64,000 bases of DNA from NCBI GenBank assembly GCA_963668625.2, contig CAXXKA010000008.1:128001-192000 (forward strand), given 5' to 3'. The notes beneath the pieces are model-generated. The model did no database searches, had not been told where the DNA came from, and saw only the letters and a program-made list of their open reading frames with translations. Below are positions 29,344-38,988 of the stretch, piece after piece. Positions within the stretch are counted from its first letter, which is position 1. Every line of letters starts with the position of its first letter. This stretch comes from an uncultured candidate division Zixibacteria bacterium (GTDB lineage: Bacteria > Zixibacteria > MSB-5A5 > UBA10806 > 4484-95). The translations under genes were made by a program, and so were the position numbers.

Positions 29344-31033
29344 ATGACTAAGCCCTTAAAGAGTAAACAATCATCCTCAGAGTTTCTGCCTTACGGCAAG
29401 AAACACTACAGCGATTTAAAGCGCCGTAACATAATCAGGCTTTTACTTACCTATACCGCCCCCCTGGTCATCCTGACGATACTCTTTTATTTCCAATATA
29501 ATTCGCTGATATCAGAAAGCCAGCGTCTTCACTTGAAATCCATAGCCGAGAACCAGGCCAACACGCTCGATTTGTTTTTAAGCGAACGCGTGGTTAACCT
29601 TTCCAACCTGATTTACGATCCACGGCTGCAACTGCCGCCCTCCTCGCGGGGGTATGCAGGAATTTCTAGAGCAGCTCAAGATGAATAGTGAGACATTCGT
29701 CGATATCGGTTTTTTCGATCAGGCTGGTGTGCAGGTTGCTTACGCCGGTCCTTTCCCCTCGCTGGAAAAGCGTAACTATAGCTCCGAGGAATGGTATGCA
29801 TCATTAAAGGAAAGCGAGAATGATTATATCATCACCGATATTTATCTGGGTTTTCGTCAAGAGCCGCATTTCACGATTGCGGTTAACCGCGTTATCGATA
29901 AGAAGTACGTGGTGTTGAGGGCAACGTTAAGCCCGGATAAGATGTATGATTACATTCGTACCCTAAGCGGCGCTAACGAGGTTTTCACCTCTATCGTTAA
30001 TGATGAGGGTTACTACCAGTTGGTTACCCCGCACATCGGTACGCTTCTGGATTCCTCCTCGCTTGTTCCTCCCAAGGAGCCGTCACTGGGCGCTGAAAAA
30101 ATCAAGATCAAAAGGATATCGATTAACTATGCGTACTCGTGGCTAAGAAGCGCCTCCTGGGCATTGATAGTACAGTATTCGACCGGCCAGGAGACCGGAA
30201 GGTTTTGGAGTTTCGGTTTCATGATTATTTTTTCGGCGCTGGTGATTATCATTGTCACGTTTTTCATAATCATATCGCGCGCCAATAATATAGTTGCCAT
30301 GCAGTTGGAGGCCGACCGTACGCGCGTACAGTTGGAGCATGCCGCCAAGCTGGCCTCGGTGGGAGAGCTGGCGGCGGGCATAGCCCACGAGATAAATAAC
30401 CCGCTGGCGGTGATAAACGAAGAGGCCGGACTAATAAAGGATTTGATGAATCCTGAGTTTGGGGAGCAGCTCGGCCCGGAGGAGATGCAAGCGAGGCTTA
30501 CCACTATTCAACAATCGGCATTCAGGGCTCGCGATATAACTCGTAAGTTGCTCGGGTTCGTTCGCAAAACCGATATTAATCTTCAGGTACGGGATGTACA
30601 TAAAATAATAGATGCTGTCGTGGATGGTCTTCTGGGGCAGGAACTGGTAGTTTCCAACGTTGAAATCGTTAAAAAGTACGACCGCTCGCTGCCGCAAATA
30701 ACCACGGATGACAATCAGCTTCAGCAGGTGTTTCTGAATATTATCAATAACGGTGTCGATGCTCTGCAAGGTAAATCCGGTCAAATAGTAATTGTGACTT
30801 TTCAAAGAGACAATATGTTGGCTATCGCCATTAAAGATACGGGATGCGGTATAACGCCCGAGAATTTGGAGAAAATATTCATGCCGTTCCATACCACCAA
30901 AGAAGTAGGTAAGGGAACCGGCCTGGGCTTATCGGTAAGCTATGGAATCATAAAAAGTCTGGGAGGCAAAATAGAGGTGGAAAGCGCCCCGGAGCATGGG
31001 ACGACATTCACTATATCCCTTCCCATCAAATAA
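29344..31033 (+). pseudogene. Cache-domain sensor histidine kinase split by a frameshift in a G5 run (29648-29652)
   Basis: ORFs 29344-29688 and 29654-31033 join if one G is removed; 'AHEINNPL', 'DTGCGI', 'GTGLGLS'. Confidence 0.8.
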
Positions 31034-31092
31034 TACGTGAAATGAATGAATAACGATCGGGATCAGTATCACTAAAGTATATCGGAGAATGA

Positions 31093-31650
31093 ATGAATAA
31101 AAGAAAAGTAAAAGATTTGATGATACCGCTTTCGGAATACGCCGTAGTACCCGAAAACGCTACCCTGATGGAGGCCATAACCGAGCTCGATAAAGCTATC
31201 TTGAAACTGCCTCCCGGCCGTCAAAAGCATCGCGCGGTACTGGTTGCCGACAGCAACAAAAAAATCGTTGGTAAGATAGGGCATCAGGCCTTTCTCAAAG
31301 CGCTCGAGCCGAAATACAAAGTGCTGGGAGATCGGGAGACACTCGACCGTGTCGGTCTTCAGGATGAATTCGTCGAGTCGATGATGCAACACTACCAGTA
31401 CTTCCAGGATGATTTATCGGATTTGTGTAGCCGCGCCTCTAACATGAAAGCCCGTGATGTCATGCATCATGTTTCCGAAAGTGTCGATGAGGATGACTCG
31501 CTGGCCGAGGGCGCGCATAAGCTTATCATCAATCATGCGCTTTCTATTCTGGTAATACGTGATGAGAAAGTCGTGGGCGTGCTAAGAATTTCAGATTTAT
31601 TCGAGGAACTCACCAGTGAAATGAAGCGGCTCGCGGAAGCCGGTCAATAA
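31093..31650 (+). CDS. CBS-domain protein
   Basis: 'VKDLMIP', 'ARDVM', 'VVGVLRISDLF'. Confidence 0.85.
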   Translation: MNKRKVKDLMIPLSEYAVVPENATLMEAITELDKAILKLPPGRQKHRAVLVADSNKKIVGKIGHQAFLKALEPKYKVLGDRETLDRVGLQDEFVESMMQHYQYFQDDLSDLCSRASNMKARDVMHHVSESVDEDDSLAEGAHKLIINHALSILVIRDEKVVGVLRISDLFEELTSEMKRLAEAGQ

Positions 31651-31667
31651 CCGAATGGAGCTTCAGG

Positions 31668-33701
31668 ATGCCTAAAGTATTACTTGTAGATGATGAACAT
31701 GAGTTTCGGCAGTCACTGGCCAAACGGTTAAATCTTCGCGGCTATGAAACCGTGGATGTTGACAATGGCGAGGACGCCATAAAACAAATCCGTCAGGAAA
31801 GCGAGATAGATATCGTTCTGCTCGATCGACAAATGCCCGGCATGGATGGCGAGCAGGCATTGAGAGAGATGAAAAGTTTCCGACCCGAACTCCAGATAAT
31901 AATGCTAACAGCACACGGTTCGATGGAGTCGGCGATGGAAACCGGCCGTCTGGATGCATACTCCTATTTGCAGAAACCGGCCGAGTTCGAAGACCTGGTG
32001 AAAGAGATAGACAAAGCCCGCGAGGATAAAATTCACGCCATGGCCCGTCACGAAGTACCCCATGTGGAGAAAGGCTCGTTTTGGAAATGGCTGGCGGGTT
32101 CGCACAACTCCCGACCCGGGATAATAATGCTCGGTCTATTTCTATTCGCTCTGTTGGTATTCACTCCCGCGCCCGATCGTTTGATGACTCTCGTCTCCTC
32201 GCAAAAGACCGGCCAGATGAGTGATCCGAATATGGGATATCCCAGTTACGGCCAGATGAAGCAGGGCGATAATATCGCCGACTATTACAGCAGTAAATAT
32301 AAGATCGGCAAAACGGTGATAGATGAAAACGGCAAGAAGACTTTCGAGGGCAAAACTCCCGCTCAAGTTGCCACCAAGGCCAAGGTGATGCTGGGAATAT
32401 TAGTCATCGCCGCCTTGTTCTGGGCGACCGGAGCGGTGCCTGTCGGCATAACTGCGCTGGCCGTAGGTGTGATAATGTATTTCTTCGGTGTGTTAAAACC
32501 AGATGATATCGCCCAGGCCTATGCCAAGGATGCCGTGATATTCATATTCGGTGTGCTGGCGATATCCACCGCCATAAGCAAAACCGGTCTCGACCGTCGA
32601 ATAGGTTTACTGCTTTTGGGGCCGGCCAAATCTCTTAAGCTTTTGCTCTTCTTATTCCTGCCCTTATTCGCGATGTCCTGTTCGTTCGTTTCCGAGCACG
32701 CTCTCATAGCTTTTATCATGCCGCTTTTCATGATGGTATACATAACCTCGATACGCGCTGTGGGTATCAAGCAGGATAAAGCCCTGGCAACGATGTTCGT
32801 GCTTTCGCTATGCTTCGTAGCCAATATTGGCGGGCCGGGCTCGCCGGCGGCAGGCGGCAGGAACGCGGTCATGCTAGGTATACTGACCGATTACGGTATC
32901 GCACCCTCGTTCGGAGAGTGGGTTCAGTACGGTTTGCCGTTCGTGCCGGTTATGGCGTTGGCTATCGCGGCTTATTTCTTCATAGTGTTTTCACGTAAGA
33001 TAAAAGTCAAACAACTGGATGTCGCCTCGATCGTCAGGCACGCTTCGGAGAAAATCGGCCCGATGAACAAAAAAGAATATATCACCGCCGTGGGATTGAT
33101 CGTGCTGATACTCCTCTGGATAACGGTTAGCGATAAGTTCGGTATGGGCGGCCCGGTGATATTGATACTCGTCGCGTTAAACATATTCCGCGTTATTCGC
33201 TGGCGAGATATCGCCGCTATCCCCTGGGATGTGGTAGCTCTTTACGCCAGCGCCAGCGCGCTCGGTAAAGGCTTGGCGGTAACCGGTGGAGCGCTTTATT
33301 TAGCCGATAGTTTCATCAGCATTCTGCCTGACTTTTTCACCAGCGGTGAGGGATTGGCGATAGCTACCAGCCTGTTTACCGGTATCACCACCAATTTCAT
33401 GAGCGATGGCGCCACCGTATCTGCTATAGGACCCATCACCGTACCGATGGCGAAAATATCTGGGACGCATCCCTGGATGATCGGCTTCGCCACCGCTTTT
33501 GCCTCCTCGTTCGCTCACATGCTGATTATCGGTACGCCAAACAATGCAATCGCTTACGCTATGGCTAAAGACCCGGTCACCGGTGAGCAGCTCGTTACGC
33601 TGTCTGATTTCTTCAAGCATGGTTTCGCGGTGTTATTGCTGTCGTTCGCCGTGCTCTGGGGATGGGTATTTTTCGGCTACTGGAGAATAATTGGATTTTA
33701 A
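31668..33701 (+). CDS. Response-regulator receiver domain fused to an SLC13/DASS permease
   Basis: N-terminal 'VLLVDDE..LLD..MPG..LTAHG..KP'; membrane part with 'SEH', 'GSPAAGGRNA', 'MSDG', 'GTPNNAI'. Confidence 0.9.
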   Translation: MPKVLLVDDEHEFRQSLAKRLNLRGYETVDVDNGEDAIKQIRQESEIDIVLLDRQMPGMDGEQALREMKSFRPELQIIMLTAHGSMESAMETGRLDAYSYLQKPAEFEDLVKEIDKAREDKIHAMARHEVPHVEKGSFWKWLAGSHNSRPGIIMLGLFLFALLVFTPAPDRLMTLVSSQKTGQMSDPNMGYPSYGQMKQGDNIADYYSSKYKIGKTVIDENGKKTFEGKTPAQVATKAKVMLGILVIAALFWATGAVPVGITALAVGVIMYFFGVLKPDDIAQAYAKDAVIFIFGVLAISTAISKTGLDRRIGLLLLGPAKSLKLLLFLFLPLFAMSCSFVSEHALIAFIMPLFMMVYITSIRAVGIKQDKALATMFVLSLCFVANIGGPGSPAAGGRNAVMLGILTDYGIAPSFGEWVQYGLPFVPVMALAIAAYFFIVFSRKIKVKQLDVASIVRHASEKIGPMNKKEYITAVGLIVLILLWITVSDKFGMGGPVILILVALNIFRVIRWRDIAAIPWDVVALYASASALGKGLAVTGGALYLADSFISILPDFFTSGEGLAIATSLFTGITTNFMSDGATVSAIGPITVPMAKISGTHPWMIGFATAFASSFAHMLIIGTPNNAIAYAMAKDPVTGEQLVTLSDFFKHGFAVLLLSFAVLWGWVFFGYWRIIGF

Positions 33702-33708
33702 ATAAAGG

Positions 33709-34206
33709 ATGGAGCGCATGGAGAAGAAAATAAAACTTCTCATTGTTGATGACGAGGTGCAATTTCTGGAGTCGATCGCCAAGCGATTGGAGCTACGCGA
33801 TTTCGAGGTCACTAAAGCGGCCAACGGCGAACAGGCAATTAAGGCGGCCGAGGATGACAAATTCGACCTCGTGCTTCTGGATTTGAAAATGCCGGGCATG
33901 GATGGTACTCAGGTGTTGGAGGTTTTAAAACGAGAGCACAAATTCCTCGAGGTCATCATCTTGACAGGTCATGGCTCGGTCGACTCGGCGGTCGAATCGA
34001 CCAAACTGGGGGCGTTTAGCTACCTGCCGAAACCGTACGAGTTGGAGAAGCTGCTGGAAACTTTAAAGAATGCCTACAAAACCAGGATGGAGAAGAAATT
34101 CGTCGCCGACCAGGAACGGGCAGCCAAAATCGCAGATATGGCAACCGGCTCCAGCCCGCTGGCAATATTGCGCGAGCTGCGTAAGCTGGATGATGACGAG
34201 AAGTAA
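33709..34206 (+). CDS. Single-domain response regulator
   Basis: 'LLIVDDE', 'LLDLKMPGMDG', 'LTGHG', 'KP'. Confidence 0.92.
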   Translation: MERMEKKIKLLIVDDEVQFLESIAKRLELRDFEVTKAANGEQAIKAAEDDKFDLVLLDLKMPGMDGTQVLEVLKREHKFLEVIILTGHGSVDSAVESTKLGAFSYLPKPYELEKLLETLKNAYKTRMEKKFVADQERAAKIADMATGSSPLAILRELRKLDDDEK

Positions 34207-34241
34207 TCGAAAGGATTGATATAGTATCATAGATGAAAATT

Positions 34242-34273
34242 AAAACGCCCTATCGGAAACGGTAGGGCGTTTT
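34242..34273. terminator. Bidirectional intrinsic terminator
   Basis: AAAACGCCCTATCG-GAAA-CGGTAGGGCGTTTT. Confidence 0.8.
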
Positions 34274-34295
34274 GATTTTTGACCTACTCCGGCTG

Positions 34296-35951
34296 TCATC
34301 TTTTTCCCCAAAGCCGTATAGGATTCAAATGTAAATAGAAGGCACCAAAAAGTTTTAATTCGTTCAATGGTATTGGAGTATCTGATTCATTCACAAACAC
34401 GCAGCTAACTTCAGATAAGGGAGTTAACGGTGTATCTTCTTTGTTGTCGAAGTTATACCTGCTCCCATTATACCAAATTGAAAAATGCTTTGCCTTTTGT
34501 ATTGTATATAGCAATTCTGTACTTTTAATTGTTGCATAAACTTTAGTTTTGTAAACCTTTTTTTCGCATTTTTTGAAATCTTTATATACATCATATGAGC
34601 TTGCTGTGGCATAAAAAAACCTGATATTGGATACTTCTCTATTGAGAGAATCAACACCCCAAAAAGTAATTGGCTCGTCATAGTATTCAAATTTCAAATC
34701 TCTAAGTGTTATTATTCTATTAATTGTTGTAGGATGTGAATCCATTGAGCCTGAGTTAAAATTAATTTCCGCTTCGTTATAGGCATATTTTAGTTTATCC
34801 AATACCTTCTTCAAGTAAACATTACTATGGTCATCATAGACTTTGTACATATAAAGTGTTGCTATTTCATCTGCTTCTAACTCAAATCCACGTGAATACC
34901 CGGCCAAAGCAATAGTATTTGATATATTAGTAATCGACTCAGCCAAAGCTAGCGATGTATGAACAGCATCTGCATCTTCGGTAGCTAAACCTACAACGAC
35001 TCCGGTAGCTAATGTTCCAATGATTCCTAATACTTTATTATTCTCTGATTTTATCAGAGTTCTATACCCATGCCTTAACTCAACATGAGCAATTTCATGC
35101 GCTAATACTGCCTCTAATTCTCTTTCATCATCGCACAATTCTATCAGTCCTGAATGAACGAATATTGTACCGGCAGGCAAAGCAACAGCATTTGGATATG
35201 AATTGTCTACAGCAATAAAATTATATTCATAACCTCTTAATTTTAAAGGCCAATTATTTAATATTTTTTGTCCAATGTTCTTACAATAGTCCTGTAAGCT
35301 ATCGTTAACAATTACCATATTATATTTTCTATATTCAGCAGCCGCTGATTGAGCCAATGCAATCTCTTCATCAATGTTAGGAATGTGTTTAACAGCTTTA
35401 AAACAAGATGTACAATATGAGTAATCTTCATAATTACTAAGATTACTTTCAGCGATATAAATAATGTTAGGCGATAAGTGATTACAGCCCCTCAGGTGAA
35501 TTTTCTTTTTATGAGTATCTAACGCGAAATATTGATATTCTTTCTCAGTTTGATTTTTCTCGAATATTCTATCAAACAGAGATAGAATTACTTCCTTTGA
35601 AATTTTAGTCTCTTTAGGCGAAATAATACTAATTTTTTGTTTCCCTGTAACATTATTATCATATTCTATTTCGAATTTAGTATGATTACTGTTTATTTTA
35701 AATTTAGTTATTGATACCATTCTATCTTTTTTATAAAGAAAAACTCTTTTATCATCGAACTGAGCAAATACCATTGAGGTATCATATGGAGGATCTGGGT
35801 ATATTATTCTTGAGTGGTTAATTATCTTCCTTAGCAGAAACTGTCTATTTTCGTAGTCTTCTTTATCTATATCTTGACAAAAAGCTAAAGCGTTGATTAA
35901 AACGCAAGTTAATACAATCAGGAAAGAAATTCTTATAGCATTAGATTTCAT
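34296..35951 (-). CDS. M48 family zinc metallopeptidase, AT-rich
   Basis: 'PNAVALPAG', 'LAHEIAHV', 'YSRGFELEAD', 'SHP'. Confidence 0.88.
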   Translation of the reverse strand: MKSNAIRISFLIVLTCVLINALAFCQDIDKEDYENRQFLLRKIINHSRIIYPDPPYDTSMVFAQFDDKRVFLYKKDRMVSITKFKINSNHTKFEIEYDNNVTGKQKISIISPKETKISKEVILSLFDRIFEKNQTEKEYQYFALDTHKKKIHLRGCNHLSPNIIYIAESNLSNYEDYSYCTSCFKAVKHIPNIDEEIALAQSAAAEYRKYNMVIVNDSLQDYCKNIGQKILNNWPLKLRGYEYNFIAVDNSYPNAVALPAGTIFVHSGLIELCDDERELEAVLAHEIAHVELRHGYRTLIKSENNKVLGIIGTLATGVVVGLATEDADAVHTSLALAESITNISNTIALAGYSRGFELEADEIATLYMYKVYDDHSNVYLKKVLDKLKYAYNEAEINFNSGSMDSHPTTINRIITLRDLKFEYYDEPITFWGVDSLNREVSNIRFFYATASSYDVYKDFKKCEKKVYKTKVYATIKSTELLYTIQKAKHFSIWYNGSRYNFDNKEDTPLTPLSEVSCVFVNESDTPIPLNELKLFGAFYLHLNPIRLWGKR

Positions 35952-36208
35952 TTTTATCCCCTATTTTTATTATTAAAAAAGACGAGATATTACCAACGTG
36001 CTCTATCACTGGTTTGTCTTTTCGTTTTTCTATAATAATTCTAATTGCTTTTCGTATTATTACAAAAATATTTTATATAATTCCATTCTCAATATTTTGC
36101 ATTAATAAAACTAGACCCATATTCCACTATAAAATACTCCCCTCCCCATACATGTCAAGAATTATATTCCTTAATAGGGTGATTAATATTGAATGCCGAA
36201 CGTTTGAC

Positions 36209-36238
36209 TAGGTCAAAACCGCAGGGGTTTTGACCTAC
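36209..36238. repeat. REP hairpin family R3
   Basis: TAGGTCAAAACC-GCAGG-GGTTTTGACCTAC; half copy at 34277-34293, full copy at 45191. Confidence 0.7.
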
Positions 36239-36292
36239 TCGGCCTTTATATATCCCCGTTTTCCCGGGGATGACAGCCAATGATTCAACTAT

Positions 36293-38842
36293 TTATATCA
36301 CCCTCGCCACCAGCGCGGTGTAGTCATCCGAAAGAGGCACTTCACCAATAAAGCTGTTAACATCCGCCTCGAGCTTTTCAAGTATCTCCGATGTGGGAAG
36401 AGTCAGGTCGGCTATTATCAGCTTCTCGATTCTCTCCTCGCCATACATGTCCTCGATGGAGTTCTCCGCCTCGCTTACGCCATCGGTGTAAAGGAATACG
36501 ATATCACCTTTAGCCAGTTTGACCGTTCCCTGTTCGTAGGGCATATTCGGAAGTGCGCCTAAAAGGAGCCCGCCGGCATCCAGAAGCTCTACCGGCTGAT
36601 CCGCGCCACGGAACACCATAGGCAGGTTATGCCCGGCGTTGACATAGGTAAACAAGCTCTCCGAGGAATCGTACACGCCAACGAAAAACGTGATGAACTG
36701 CCCTGGCGGCGTGTTGCTGTGAATCAGGTTGTTTATGCGATAAACGATATCGGCTATCGATGCGCCCTCTTTGCCGCCGCCTGTTTTCGTACCCAAACCA
36801 ACCGCGGTACGGAACGAGGCCTGAATGTTAGACATCATGAGCGCCGCCGCCGCGCCCTTGCCGGAGACATCCCCGATAGCAACCACCGTGCGATGCTCAT
36901 CGATATTGATGACATCGTAATAGTCACCCGCGACCTCGAGACAGAACTTGCTCTGGGCGGCGATCTCCAGACCCGGCGTTTCGGGTATTTGTCCGGGTAG
37001 AAGTCCCTGCTGGACGGATCGTGCCATGCCCAGTTCTTTCTCCAGGCGGTTCTTCTCGATATTATCCTCCAGTAATTGAAGGTTCTCCGAGGCTACCCCA
37101 ATCTGCGAGGCTAATGACATCAGGATGCTGCATTCCTCGGCGTTGTAATCATCACGCTCGGCTTTGAATCCCAGCCCGATAAAGCCTACGAGTTTCGAGC
37201 GAGTCTCCAGTGGCAGTACGAGCGCGATATTCTGCTGTTGCAACCAGGCTTTCTCCTCATCGGAAAGCTCCATGCGTTTGGACTGCAATACCTCATCCAT
37301 CATTAAGGGGCATGTTTTGAGCCCGTACAGCGTGCGAATAAACGGTCTTTCCTGATCGAACGGCGCTTGAGTCATCTTACGCCAGTGATAGAATGTGCCA
37401 TCCTGCTCGTTATACAAATAGGTATTAACCGCCTCGATTTTCAGCACATCTTTGAGATGGTTTTCCATATCGTTCCAGAATGAGGTTTTATCGGCATAGG
37501 TGACAGCCTGGCTCAAAAAATCACGAAGCATCTCCCGCAGGCGATTTCTTTCGGGGTACATCTTGCGCTCGGCGAACCCCTGAATCTTGCGCTGAGCCGG
37601 CGTGAAACCGATTGCCAGCAAGAGCGCCAACGCCAATGCCGGAGCTCGACTTTCTATGTTGAACGAATCGAGCAGGGTTTCGCTTATGAAATAAATAGCT
37701 ACGTAGAATACAACCAATAGTAATACCGTGAGGAAAGCGAAACGTGTGCCCCGGCGAAGTTTACCCTCTACCTCCAGCAGACGGTATTTCCCGAAAGCGT
37801 ATGCGAACGATATGGGAATCATCAGAAGAAGCAAGAAAATAAAACTGATAATGCCCAATATAACGGTGTAACCAAGACCGGCAAACCAGTCTTTAAAAAC
37901 CAGCGCGATAAGCGCCATGAGAAATAAGCCCGACAACCCGGCGCCGGATCCCCATAGCACCAGTCTTGTCTGCCTTTTCTCTAATGGATCCTTTGCCTTA
38001 GCGTAATTTCTGGAAAGTATAATAAAACCACCCCATACCTGGGCCATTATCAATATAGTTGTTAAGGTTGCCCATATAGATGTTGGAAATACTATGGTTA
38101 AAGCCGCCACAATCACCACAGGCAGGTAAATTAATGTGAGATGTGATAGAAATGGATGCTTTTCAACTAACTTCAACGGTTTGGGAAACAAGAAATTAAG
38201 GTTTAACCAGAATGCGCCAAACAATATTGATATCGGCCTGATTACAGGTTGCAGGTAATCAAGTAATAATATATCCATGCCCCTCATACCATCAAAACTG
38301 ATACTCACCGAGGCAGTTAGAAATCCGGCCATCGAGAAACTGAACAACGATAGCGCGTAAATAGCACCCGCGTTAGGTCGTTTGATAAATGCCCATAAAC
38401 CAACCAACAGGAATCCAATAGCGCCTAAAAAACGTAAGGTTTCTATTATGATATTGGATAATTTATCAGTATTACTTGCCGGTCGAGTTTTCAACACTGC
38501 CGTCAATGTATCCTCACCGTGGACATAATCGAAAATAAGCTCGGTTCCAATAGGCATTCCACGATAAATGTTTCTCAATTCCAGCCTGAATCCGGTCGTG
38601 GTATCAATATCAGCTATAACCAAATCACCGGAATCGGGAATAGTAGAGTTAATATAATCGAGTGAATCAACATGATTAACGATGATCGTGCTGTCTTCGT
38701 TAATCGTGAAACTTGATTGGGGTACGCCTGAGGAAGACCAGACCATTATAGTTGATAAATCATCGACAATAAATAGAACCGTGGTAACTACAGATAATAT
38801 TCCCACTGCAAGAACAATTATTTTCAATACTTTTTTAAGCAT
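36293..38842 (-). CDS. Membrane PP2C (SpoIIE/RsbU-type) phosphatase with GAF domain
   Basis: Multiple TM helices; 'VAGDYYD', 'GDVSGKG', 'NAGH', 'YTDGVSE', 'DDYT'. Confidence 0.9.
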   Translation of the reverse strand: MLKKVLKIIVLAVGILSVVTTVLFIVDDLSTIMVWSSSGVPQSSFTINEDSTIIVNHVDSLDYINSTIPDSGDLVIADIDTTTGFRLELRNIYRGMPIGTELIFDYVHGEDTLTAVLKTRPASNTDKLSNIIIETLRFLGAIGFLLVGLWAFIKRPNAGAIYALSLFSFSMAGFLTASVSISFDGMRGMDILLLDYLQPVIRPISILFGAFWLNLNFLFPKPLKLVEKHPFLSHLTLIYLPVVIVAALTIVFPTSIWATLTTILIMAQVWGGFIILSRNYAKAKDPLEKRQTRLVLWGSGAGLSGLFLMALIALVFKDWFAGLGYTVILGIISFIFLLLLMIPISFAYAFGKYRLLEVEGKLRRGTRFAFLTVLLLVVFYVAIYFISETLLDSFNIESRAPALALALLLAIGFTPAQRKIQGFAERKMYPERNRLREMLRDFLSQAVTYADKTSFWNDMENHLKDVLKIEAVNTYLYNEQDGTFYHWRKMTQAPFDQERPFIRTLYGLKTCPLMMDEVLQSKRMELSDEEKAWLQQQNIALVLPLETRSKLVGFIGLGFKAERDDYNAEECSILMSLASQIGVASENLQLLEDNIEKNRLEKELGMARSVQQGLLPGQIPETPGLEIAAQSKFCLEVAGDYYDVINIDEHRTVVAIGDVSGKGAAAALMMSNIQASFRTAVGLGTKTGGGKEGASIADIVYRINNLIHSNTPPGQFITFFVGVYDSSESLFTYVNAGHNLPMVFRGADQPVELLDAGGLLLGALPNMPYEQGTVKLAKGDIVFLYTDGVSEAENSIEDMYGEERIEKLIIADLTLPTSEILEKLEADVNSFIGEVPLSDDYTALVARVI

Positions 38843-38988
38843 AATAAACTCTTTTGGTTTTATTTTTCGCTCTAACTTGACCAAACCAATATAGTTGACT
38901 TAGTTAATTTTGCCAATAAAAATAAAAGTGTTGCGCTATCTGCCGATCTTTCTTACTATCTGCAAAAATTACAGTTAGGAGAACGTAG

